62,830 bases of DNA, from contig NMRA01000628.1 of NCBI GenBank assembly GCA_002633005.1, forward strand, positions 1 to 62,830. The letters are read 5' to 3'. Numbering within the stretch: position 1 is the stretch's first letter; each line of letters starts with the position of its first letter. This DNA comes from Phoronis australis (lineage: Eukaryota > Animalia > Phoronida). The notes below the pieces were generated by a model that was not told the DNA's origin, made no database searches, and saw only the letters and a program-made list of their open reading frames with translations. The translations under genes were made by a program, and so were the position numbers. Shown here piece after piece: positions 1 through 12,100 of the stretch.

Positions 1-113
1 TTAAGGGGTGACGGACGTACTAAGTATAATTTTTGAAAATTCTTTTTTGCTTTATTTTTTGAGAATTGTAAAAAAAATTATTATTTTTATGTGATCTCTT
101 TTTATAATAACTT

Positions 114-3100
114 ATGGAAAAATCATCAAGCAGTTCTGAGTGAGTGTGATGGATTTGTACATGATGGACGTGTACCATGATATCCACGTACAGTCATATA
201 ATATGACAACATTGGCCTACACACATGGTGTTGTTACTATTGTTTGATTCCGCTTATTGTTTTCATTCCAAAGATATATGAATGTNTATGAATGTGCCCC
301 CCCCCCCCCGCATTTCCTCGATGGTCGGAATTTCTGTTTGCAAGTATTCCTGGTTGACACTGCCATGTTTGCTCAATGCAAGATTACAGGACATACCTGT
401 TGCTAATGAATGAACAGCATCATCGATTCTGAATTTTGTTGGACCGCGAGATTCCCGCTAAAGTTTTCTTGACATAACATGAAGGAACAATCGAGGCGCC
501 CCATTTCACCCTTTTCCCTTTTTTTTGAGAATTGTGCTCATTTGTCCACTTTTCCACATAATGACCTGAAGGGATACCTTAGTTGTACCTCTAAAACAAA
601 CTCTTTTTTCGCAGATTCTTGCTAGCAGACGTGTACAAGGGTCACCATACTATCCAATTTGAATCCTTGGTACCGTAGCTCAGGATTGATGGGACTCGGT
701 CAGTTTGAACCTTTGAAAAGCAGCACTAAGCAAAATATAGGCGTTGGTGGATTAGTTCAGTTTTTGACCGCAGAAATTGGACAATAAAATTCTAAAGAAA
801 CGGATATTAAAGATGTATTTTCAACATTGCGAGGAATCCAACCATATCAAATTCATGTGTGCAGGTCAATGTTATTATAGTGGAAACAATTACCCCAGAC
901 TTAACCACTTGACGGATCTCAATGAAGCTTGACACAAATCATGAGGCAGTGACACACCCCTCAAACTTGAATGGGTGTGGGTTTTAAATTTCTAAAATAA
1001 CATGTTTGTATACCTGATCCACTGGTCTTGTACATGTCAAATAAACAAAAATACAGTCAAGAAATAGGATGGATGTATCTCCGCAGAATGTAATATTATG
1101 TGTTCGTAAATCCCCGGTATGATTTTCCTTATTTTTCCAGGCTACCAGCCTGTAGTTCTATTTTTGTTTTCAGACTTCCAGCCGGTAAGGTTCTGTACAG
1201 AATGTAGCAAGGTGGTCCATATGGGTAAAAGAATGTCCAGACATGTGCTAACATCTATACTCATCAAGGTGAGAAAATTGTTACCGGTACATTTATATCT
1301 TTGCAATTAATCTGCTTTTATTACTTGGCGAAATGTCAGCTTCTTGGAACAGGTCCCAGGACATGATGGAGTCTTGATATTATTGAGCCGGTTGAGGCAC
1401 CAACTCTGTGGGTGTCCCCTTTAGCTGTTATTCCTATGCGGTTACAAGATGGTATTCATGTGCGTGTGTCGTTGTCAGAACAGCAAATACTGTGGTCGTG
1501 CGGATGCGTCGTCCAATCCTGACAGTTGACGAGACTGTTCATGCTATGACTGGTAGTGCGGGGTTTATTTTAAGCTGAACTTAAGAAGTGACTGTCATCG
1601 TATTGAGTTGCACGAAAATTACTGTGGGAGAAGAACATTATTTTGCTTTTCATTTAAGAATCTTTAGATACAAGCATCTGATTATGGACACTGACGCCGG
1701 CGATGTAACGGACTATGTTCACAATTATCCATTCTTTACACCTGGGCAATTTTTAATTTCATATTTTGATTATTGTCGGCAGTGGTATCATTGTCGTCAT
1801 CTTTAATTTAGACGACCTCGTTGTCAATGGCAGAGATGTCTCGGTTAAATGCCAGTTACAATTTGTTGTCATTGCTGATGTGTTTGCATCATTCCATTGA
1901 GTTGCTGATGGGATCATCATGCCCTTCCGCAGGGCACTTTAATTTTTCTGTTAAATTATAGCAGTAAGACAATTTTGCTTTTAGTAATTATGAATTTTGT
2001 AATCTCATATTGCAAAAAAATTGGATGTTGTGTGCGGGCAATTTCGGAATCTCTTGTTTATTTTTCATTTATATTTTATTTTCAGGAAGAGACGGAAAAC
2101 CTGAATTTCAAAGTTGCTGAACAGGAAAAGTGAGTTGTGGAGTAATGAATATTTAGACTTGATTTGAGAATCTAAAACATTGTTGCTGTAGTTGTCATAT
2201 TTGTCATCTTTCAAGGGATGCCAAGCTCACTTTTTCAAAAACGGAAATCGACCCGAGACGAGCAAAAGGGATGCATTTTTTACTCGTTGTTTGGCACATG
2301 CCGTTTTCAGCCTTGTTTGCCCTTACTTAAAGTGCCTTTCCAGCTTTTCAAACAACACGATTCCTGGGCTGAGGTTGATCGATGCAGGTGTGAGTGTTTC
2401 TTGCAGTCAGTGAGCACAGAGTACGGTTTTTGGCCTTGCTACGGTGATATTGGTCTCAAGTAGTTCTTACTCAGACGAGAAGTGATTGCTAGGTAGGCAA
2501 ACTGAGAATTTGTTATTTCTCAAGTTGATCACAAACATTTTTAAGTCTGGTCTGCATGCCACCTGTTGGCCTCGTCACGTGACCGTGATGTGTGTTTCCA
2601 CTTTGGTTCAGCCTTTACATGTCTATAAATATTTCTCAAGACAATGCTTGGTGCATAAAATGTTGTGGCCTTGACGAGTTTTCTTGTCAATCCCGTTCTT
2701 TTGAAACCCTGTAATCACCTCCAATTCCACTAAGTTTCACGATGGTAAATGGTCTAATTCTTGTTATGGAAGATGGGTTTGTAGTCACTATAATATAATA
2801 TAATTATGCCACTTTTTGAAAAAATTCCGCAGACATTTCAATGGCGCTGTGCTGAAAACGAAATGGTGTAATTATTAAGCGGTTTTCTCCTAATGTGTAA
2901 TTCGTTACAACTTCTCTGACTTGGCTCAGAAGTCTGCTGGCAGCTTGACCTTTCACTCATTAGTGTAAACAATTGATGAGTTTTTCTACAAAAGTGGCAA
3001 ATTGAATTCTGTTTCTGGCTTTTCCCAAAGTCACTTTTTGATGACTTCAGGTGTAATGCTTGTATTCAGACGAGGATGGACGAGGTAACTGCCATAAGGA

Positions 3101-6100
3101 GTGACTTGGATGAAAGGTAAGCTCTGTCTAAAGTGCCCGTCATCGTAATACGTGTCACTTTTAAAGCACGTAAATCTTACGTGTTAGCGACGTGACTGGA
3201 TACTGTTGGTGTGGCTTGGTCCTGGATCTAATCTGTGAGCTCCAAGTCCAAATTGTGTTTTTGTCTTATGTTCTTCTTGGGTATGACTCTGCTTTTAGTT
3301 AGAGTTTCCCACTATGCTTGGGTATAGCAGGGATAATGCAGTCCCAAGTTGTCAGATTTTTGTCAGAGTTTACTGTGAAGTTATTACGTCTAGCAGCTTA
3401 ATTTTGTAAATGGATGTGCAATGCAAGTTACTGCGATTTCGACAGTATGCGTGGAGTAAGACCCATCCAGATTTCGATGTGATTCATCTTTAATTGAAAT
3501 GTGTCCTAGATGAAAAGGAATGTTATTTAGTTGCAGTTGAATTTCAACGTCGTCCAGCTTATTTTAATTTTGTCAAAAGGTTCAATCATCCTCAAAAAGA
3601 AGTAAGCCATGGAAAATGTAGTTTCAAGATATCAGTCATCTTTATTTTAATAAGTGTTGCTTTCCCTTTTAAAATGCCACCTTCTCAAGAGGGCAAGGGG
3701 CAATTGGGTCATTCTGTGACAAATGCTGTTTTGTGTATAATTATATTCCAGCTCTTTAGGTAAAAATTGACTCGAGTTAGAACAGTTGAAACATTTTTTC
3801 TGCTGTTTTCAAAGAAGAAAAAGTTGGAAGCAAAAGACTGGTGCTCAGTTTTGCTACTGTTATTCTGAGAATGGTATGAGAGTGGCTGAGAGCACAGTAC
3901 TGAAAATGGAATGATAGCTCCCTTAAAATTTACTACTGACAATGGTATGAGAGGGGCCTTAGAGCACAATCCATCTCAAGAGGGCAAGGGGCAATTGGGT
4001 CATTCTGTGACAAATGCTGTTTTGTGTATAATTATATTCCAGCTCTTTAGGTAAAAAGTGACTCGAGTTAGAACAGTTGAAACATTTTTTCTGCTGTTTT
4101 CAAAGAAGAAAAAGTTGGAAGCAAAAGACTGGTGCTCAGTTTTGCTACTGTTATTCTGAGAATGATATGAGAGGGGCTGAGAGCACAGTACTGAGAATGG
4201 AATGATAGCTCCCTTAAAATTTACTACTGACAATGGTATGAGAGGGGCCTTAGAGCACAATACTGAGAATGGTATGAGAGGGCCTTAGATTACAATACTG
4301 AGAATGGTATGAGAGGGGCCTTAGAGCACAATACTGCGAATGGTAGGAGAGGGCCTTATAGCTCAATACTGACAATGGTATGAGAAGGCCTTAGATCACA
4401 TTCTGAGAATGGAATGATAGGGCCCTTAGAGTGCAATAGACCTACTGTGAATGGTATGAGAGGTCCCTTGCAGTGCGATATGTCTTCTTTGGGATTGTGT
4501 TGTTCTGTAAATCCCATTCTCTTTTCCAGACAGAAGACCTACGAAAGGTGTATTCGGGAGAAGATAACCGATCTACAACAATCCCTGAAAGCTAAAGCGG
4601 TGGCCATCATTGGCAGACTGAGGGAACAGACGGAGCTGAAGAAAGCCCAGCTGGCGCGCTGCAATGAGATCTACTCAAGCAACCAGTCTACGTGTGAGGC
4701 GGTATGATTACTGTGGAGGGAACTTTGGGCAGTAGTGTGAATTCTGAATTCTAGAGTTAAGCACAACACTGTATTTATCATGTGCAAAGTCATCTGTTGC
4801 ATTGAACTTCAGCCTCACCCCTTCATACGAGGAATATGTCTCCGTCATTGCAGAATTTCCTCAAAGTGTATTTAATAAGCCATTCCTCATAACAAGCATA
4901 CAAATCTTACAAACTTGACTATCCATGCTAGTGAACCTGCCGTCTCTCAGTGAATAGAGCAAGTTTTTTCTGAATGTGCTAATCTGTGACATGCTTACAA
5001 AATGCGTCAATTTAAGGCAAAATGAATGACATCGTAGTCGATTGCATAGTTCACTGGAAAGCCGTATGACTGAATCAATGCCTGGCATTGTTTTCCACAA
5101 AATCAAGCTAATTCAGAGTAAACCAGTTTGAGACCTTTGACAGGTCTGACGCTAGTTAATTATATTAGTAATGTGTCTGCCAGCATTTCTATTTTTGTGA
5201 AACGGTCAACTTATGAAAGCTGTGTAGAAATTGATAAATGGTCACATTGGAATGTTTTTATTCAATTGATTTCAGAACATTCAGGAGATGAAAAGTTTAC
5301 TTGAGCAAGATGGTGAAAAGTTTTTAGAAGGAGTAAAGAAAATTAAGGAAAAGGTACCTGTTTAAAATATACTTTTAAATACTAAACGCAATTTCTTCGT
5401 TACTCACGTCTGCCCTAATTAGTGAGTCTGTTCTGCGTCTGAACATGAAACTGGGTGTGCTGTTCAGTTACGGGTGTATCATATGTGCTCTAACCGTTTT
5501 GGCAGTTGAGTCATAGTGAGTAGTTGAGGCATGGAATGATAACATTTAGACGTAGAGTACATGGCAGTGATAGAGGCTACTTCAGATGTGTTGACCTGTC
5601 TGTTCTAAATTTTGGCAATGAACAAGATCTGTTTTTGGCATGCGAGTTAATCACACAATCCTTCAACTCTGTCTTGGACTGCAGTGACTTTGCATATTTT
5701 AAAAATGCACTGTTTGCGGCAAGTTGCGTGCCACGGAATTTCTTATGCCACACAGGGTGGTGGTTTGTATCGTAGTTTTGTCCACTAAAAAGTAAGTTGT
5801 CAGAATTTCTGCAAACTGTATAACAGACACGCAGAATTGGAGTAAACATTGAGGTGCGCAAACCTCTGGGATTTTTGATGAATTTTAGACAAAATTAAAG
5901 CAGACTTTTTATAATAATATGGATATTAAACTTTAGATTCATGTGTACAAACTTTGTCAAAAGTTCACCGAGTGATTTATTTTCAATTGAAAAAAATAGT
6001 TTTGCATGCTTTTTGTGTGGGATGTACTCCCGGTCAGACTTATGTACCATCATTTTTTCCACCTCTGAGTCCCTTTCATGACTATCTTTTCTATGAATAA

Positions 6101-9100
6101 AAGGCATTTTCCTTTTCCTAATAATCTGTACAAAAAGTTTGTGTGTCAAAACTCAGCAAAGTGTTTCTTTTTTCATATAAACAAAACCCACTGTGGGGTT
6201 CTAGTATTTTTTCTAAATTTCCTGATGTTCGGAGACACGCTTTATCCTTTTTCTGTACATGTCATCTCCTAGTTCTGTTTCAGTCTTAGCTGGCAAAGAT
6301 TTCAGCAGTTCAAGAATCCCTATGAGCCTAGACTTATAGATTCATCCCCTGCAAAAGGATGATGTTTTTGGAAGAAATGTCAAGGATGGGTGTCCTTTTC
6401 ATTGACGCTCCTTAGAAATCAGTGATTTTTAGTGACTGTGTCTTAAGTGAAAGGCTAGCTTTATTCTCCAGCAATAAACATGGTGGAGAAACTGGTCGTT
6501 TTACAAAAATGAATTGAAACTAAAACGCATTCTATATTTTATGTTGATACTAAAATGAGCTTTACACAGAATTTTAGAATTTCTAAAAATGGCTGTGGGT
6601 GGATATTCAATAACGGCCTTTCAAAACATGTTGGAATATATGCCTGGACGTATTTTCAGAAAGGGGAGGGAGAGGGGTATTTTCGGAGAGGGGGGAGTAT
6701 TTTTGGAAACTGTCAAACATGATGCAATTTTTGTTATAAACAAACATTAGTTGTGAAGTTATTTAGATAAGTGACATAGTTCTATTTCACTAGTAAGAAT
6801 TTTGTTCAACCATACTCGTACCTTCAGCAGATGTCCTTCATACTGTGCTAATATGGTAAGTTACCAGAGCAGTCACTCTATCTCGTTAAATGAAAGCCAT
6901 TTGAGTGAAGCTGCGGACTTTTCGAAAATTTTCCGAAATTGCGTATTTTCAAACTTTTTACCGGACCTATTTTCGAAAATTATCTGTAAGGAACAATTTT
7001 TAATTGAGAATGATGCATATAAGGAAAGGAGCATAGATTTGATTGCTTTATTTTTAATTCTTTGCGTTTCCTAAATTATTTTGGAAATGATGTTGTTGCT
7101 GCAATTTTTCCGTCTTGTTTTCGTTAACACAGATTTCGCCACCGTCTTGCATCGGTGAACTGGTCACCGAGTTTCCTGTTCTGGACATTTCATTCCATAT
7201 GGATTTGACCCAAGTGAAGCATGACATTGAGGCTGTGGACTGTGTCATAGTGTTTGGTGAGATATCTTATACGTTGTTCTGGCTTTGATTCCTCATTATG
7301 CAGATGGCCAAAGATGATACAATGAATAGTGTCGTGGAATGTCATTGAATTATACCTTAAACGATTCCGTATTTTGTAAAAAAGTATTTGGTACTTAAAA
7401 TCATGAAAATATAGCCTACTATACATGTAGCATTGAATATCCTGCAGGTGATGCTTGTAAAATTATTCGTACCCACGTGGTTGTATTCTGGTTGAGTCAG
7501 TTGCAAACTGAAGCCTATCACTTCAGATACATGATAACGTGGAATTGTCATGAGGACTTGACTGGGACCTCAGGGGTCTCACGCTCCACTGTATAATTTA
7601 GAAAGGCTTTGTTCTGTCACACCTTGTGGGTCATAAATTGAGATAATGCAAGTCATGTTTCTTCAGGCAGCTCTTAATATATTATCAAAGTATCCGCTTC
7701 ACGGGCAATAAAATGCAATTGGCCAAATAGATGGTTTTCTCTTGATGCCAGACCATCCAGAGTTGTCCCATTGACAACTCTGGACGGTCTCTCACGAGGA
7801 TTTAATGTTATGGGCCACTGACTTGATCAGGGTAATGTATGAAACACAGGTGAATGATCCCGCTACCTCTGTTCACCGGCGTACTTTCCGTTTTAAGTTA
7901 CTATTTTCTGTTATACATTATGAAGAGACAATATGGAAATCATTGTTCTGGTGTTCATCCAGGCTCCATTTTTGTGTCATTTGATACAATCAAGTCAAGG
8001 AAGGCACCGATTGAGTTGACGGGCGTTGTACCGTGGGCAACGGTGTGACGGGCGTTGTACCGTGGGCAATGGTGTGATCAGGTGTAACGAATAAAAGTAA
8101 AAAGATTATAGAAATCATGGGGTTTCATTTCTCTGTTATCTCCCCATGTTTCCGTTTTATGAAAGTACCTCCAGATTCTATTCACTTTTTCTATGTACAT
8201 TACGCAGACCCAAAGAAACTGAAATAGCGCCCAAAATTTAGGGAGTTAGCTCCCTTGTTCCCAGTGTTATAATTGTAGGACAAGCAGTGCTTAACATTAT
8301 TGGTTTGCAGAAGGTAGTTCTACTGCAGTGGACCAGCAAGTGGTGGATACAGCACCCCATGTTGTCAAGGGTGCAGAGGTGGTCGGACTCATTCACAGTA
8401 ATCTCGACAAAGAGGGACGGTTTTGGTTCCAGCCTGAAATGAGCGAGGCTGCATACAAGAAGATTGCAGTCATTGGTGATGACATACGGTATGTTGGGAG
8501 TTGTGTGTACACAATCTGGAAAATATTACAAGGTTATGTTGAAGCTTATTGTCAAGTCTGGCGTATTTTGCCAAATATCTGAGAATTAAACTTGTCCATT
8601 TTAAACTGATTACCAGTAAAAAAGCATATATTTTGAAAGTGAGACGCCAGCGTAGAATTTGATTCTTGATTTTTAAAAGTTTAATATGAAATCTAAATAA
8701 CACTGTCCGTCTGCTCTTGGCAACATCAACTTAGTAGCTGCGTTCCTTCACTGAGTGGTAGTGTGAAAGTGTTGACATTACCTTGTTGACATGTTGTAGG
8801 CGTGCTTTCTATCAGTCGCCTCATTGGATGACGTACGCCGAGAGTCACCAGGAGCCCTCTGTTGGCGACCTAGTTTTTGCCAAGTATTGCGTGGACCAAA
8901 AGTGGTACCGAGGACGAGTGGAGGCTCTCGATAACGGCAAAAAGGTAGAATCAGTGATTGTGCAGCCAATGAGGTGTTCAGATGGGCTGGCTCATGATGA
9001 TGTGGTGTCAAAGGCTTTTTTGATATCCATGATGTTTAAGGAATTTCCTTCTATTAGCACTTGGTACCCAGTCAAACGAATCTGACTCGCTGCTCAACTA

Positions 9101-12100
9101 CGCAAAATATCTGTCCACGGATACAAGTAATTCCCATCCTCATTGACTAGGCTTTCATGAACTTTATTACCATAGTCTTCTGTACGATTCTTCAAAGTTT
9201 TGTGTTTGATCGCAGGACCAGGCTGCTGTGCGTTTCATTGACTTTGGGAACTTGGAGTATGTGTCCTTTGCGCAGATGTTGCCGTACCGAGATGATGTAG
9301 TGACGGGAGACATCCCCCACCAGGTATCATGGACTGAATTGTGCTAACTTTTGTGGCCTTGGGACATGGCCTCTTTGTATGTTAATCTTCTTCACCATTG
9401 AAAGGGGGGAAGTTGAGAAGGATAATACAATTTTTGATTTTTGGCTAATGCCTCTGCTTTGGACACTTGAATGTTAGCTGAGTGATAAACCTATTACACA
9501 GAGTGAGCATTAGGCCGGGTAGTCATTTGTCTACTGCTACATGTTTGCGCAAAGCAATGTATAAAGTATACAGACTGACTGTCTGTGACCTGTGCAGTAG
9601 TCTTGAAACTATGCCTCTAGAAGGAAGCTTTAGATTTTGTTTATAGGTTTAGCATCTCCAAGTATTGTTGATTTTGACAACATTAACCACGTTCTCAAGG
9701 TAGCAGAGAGAAATGTAGCAGTTTTACTGTGGAAATATTGGTGCATATCTGCCTAGTCCAGAGTTTTACTAAAGGTGTAGGTAGGTTCTCACCAGGGGCC
9801 GCAGTCAATTTTGCCTACCTTGGCCATGTTTTCAAGTTTATCATTTGACATGTGAAAGCTACATCATGTCATGCACTGAATGAAGCAAAATGTTCTCATT
9901 TGAAAATTTTGGGAACTAATCGACTTATCATTAATTTTCAGATAGGTTGGGAAGGTCTGAAATATTGCTTTGGCGGCCTGATGTAATTCAACATTGTCAA
10001 TCACTGTAGTGCACAATTCAAGTGGAAATATGCACTATTGTCATTGACTATGTCATCAAATTGGTCACTTTTTCTGGAAATATGAAATCATGTTGAATCA
10101 TGCTAAGTTTCAGTTTGCCAGTAGCCTAGCCTGCTAGGATTATTCAATGTCTAGGCCAGTCGTATTGTGAGGTCACCATTTTTCGCTACCAATTTTGTTC
10201 AGTTTCCTCGTTTGTCACTTTTTATGCCACCCCATGTTGTTTAGCTGCCCCCGTGTGTCTCTAGTTTTGCCCTTCACCCTCCCGCTTTTCAGCTGACAGC
10301 AACCCTCAGTAGCTCCGTCATTGTTCTTTATTACGTAGCATCACATAATTTGAAAATTAGCCATTCCATTTAATTGCCAAGTTTATCTTTTCTACTAGAT
10401 AGTCAAATTCACTCAATGATCTATGATTGACATTTGAGACCATGGAAATAAGAGTGACAGGTGATGCTCTACTCTTCTATTTTCTTGTAAACTTTCTTGC
10501 AGGCTGTTCAAGTGTCCCTGCTCCGTGAAGAGTTCCCTTTACCACTGGAGGCACGCTGGCTGTTTGGTGACCACGTGAAGAACCAACTTGTCAAGTGTAT
10601 CTTCAAGGAAGCAGTAAGACTTGAGGCTTTTACATCAAGCTACTGACAAATCTTGATTATTTTTAGTCTTAAATTTTAAGATTTCTCTTAAGTTATGACT
10701 TACATAATAGTTAGATGAGAAAGTATATATTATTATTGGAATGCAATTCTGTGCTAACTTATAGTAAGTGAACTTGCTTCTTGTCTTAAATCAATTTTAA
10801 CAGTCGACATGTTTACCAATGATTTCATTTCATGAAAGAAAGTAAGCATAGTGGAGTTTTGTTTGTTTTGATCACTGTGGCGTTTGAAAGTCAGACTTGT
10901 TACAAAGTGAACATGCACGTTTTAAAATAAGTATGGTATATGAAAATCACTTTCACTCGTGTGACTGTCCATTCAGTGGAAATTGTTAATATTCATTTTG
11001 TGTCAGTTTGAGGCTGATGGCGAAGAGCCTTGTTGGTCAGTGGATGTGTGGGCTGAGACGGAACAGGAGGTCACGATCAATGAGATTATACAGCTGAAAG
11101 GTACGCGTTTGTTTTGGTTGATATCAGTTCAATTTATCTGGCTGATGGTCATTGATCACCAGTCTGGTCTTTGTTCATGGAATATCTCTTTTCTTCATTT
11201 ATCGTTAGTCTGTGAAAAGCCTCAGTTCTCGAACTGGTAAATATTCAGGAAAATCGCTTGAAAATTGTATTCAATTGTTTTTGTCATAGCATTCATTTAA
11301 ATTTTAATTTTTCAGAAGTGGTTGATATGAATAATTTATTTAAGAAATCTTTATAAATTATGGTTGAACAAGATTCTTCGTCTTAAATATTATTTGAGAT
11401 TGTTTTTCTTTGAAAATTTTTATCTCTGGTAAAGTGAGAGTGACATTGCCCCGGCATGCTTTGCGTGATCTCTTTTCCAAAGTCTTTCCCACTGATTGTC
11501 CCTTGTTGATTGTTTGATTCAGTTTGTCTGAGCCACATGTTGCCGTGGTAAGTGTATCTGCCTGTGTAACTAGTAGAATTTAGTGTTTTGATGCGTGACT
11601 TCTCTAAATGGTGCTTTCTCTAGTTTCTCTAGTATCTAGTGCTTAATGTACGCTTACTGGAAACCTGGCTGAAACAGCAAAGGTCGTCTTCACCAAATCA
11701 TAGTGCACTGATTATTTACAGCAGAAAGCTGACTTGAACTCGGCATTGTGTATTCACATGCAGAGACATAATAACAGGAAAGTAAGGTCTTAGAAATATA
11801 AGCACCTGGTCATCATTGTTTTACGTAATGAAGTTGCTGTTTTTCAAACACGTATTGATTCTACATGCAGCAGTGGAGACGGGACGTAAATATCCCTGTC
11901 AGAGGGCTGCGTATTAATTTTGTATCACTTCCAGTGTGAAAACGCAATGACCGACTTTTTGTTTGAACTGTCTGCTGGTCTTTTTGTTTTGCTAAATGGA
12001 AATTATACAGAACCAAGATGCAGTCCTTTTCTGAGACGTTTATGTCGTTAAACTCATATTCAGTTATTGCTGAAATAGCCTCAGTCTCTGAAAGGTTTGC

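Noticed and set aside
3709-4260. Twin 86-aa minus-strand ORFs
   Set aside because: By-product of the 291-bp intronic duplication and minisatellite; non-ATG starts and no protein features
6273-6362. Possible Tudor-gene exon after KIKEK
   Set aside because: All nearby acceptors hit stops in the required phase; exon 7133-7256 bridges phase 0 to 1 cleanly
7752-7831. Exon-like segment with cag acceptor and gtaatg donor
   Set aside because: Stops in all three frames between the sites; not needed for the model
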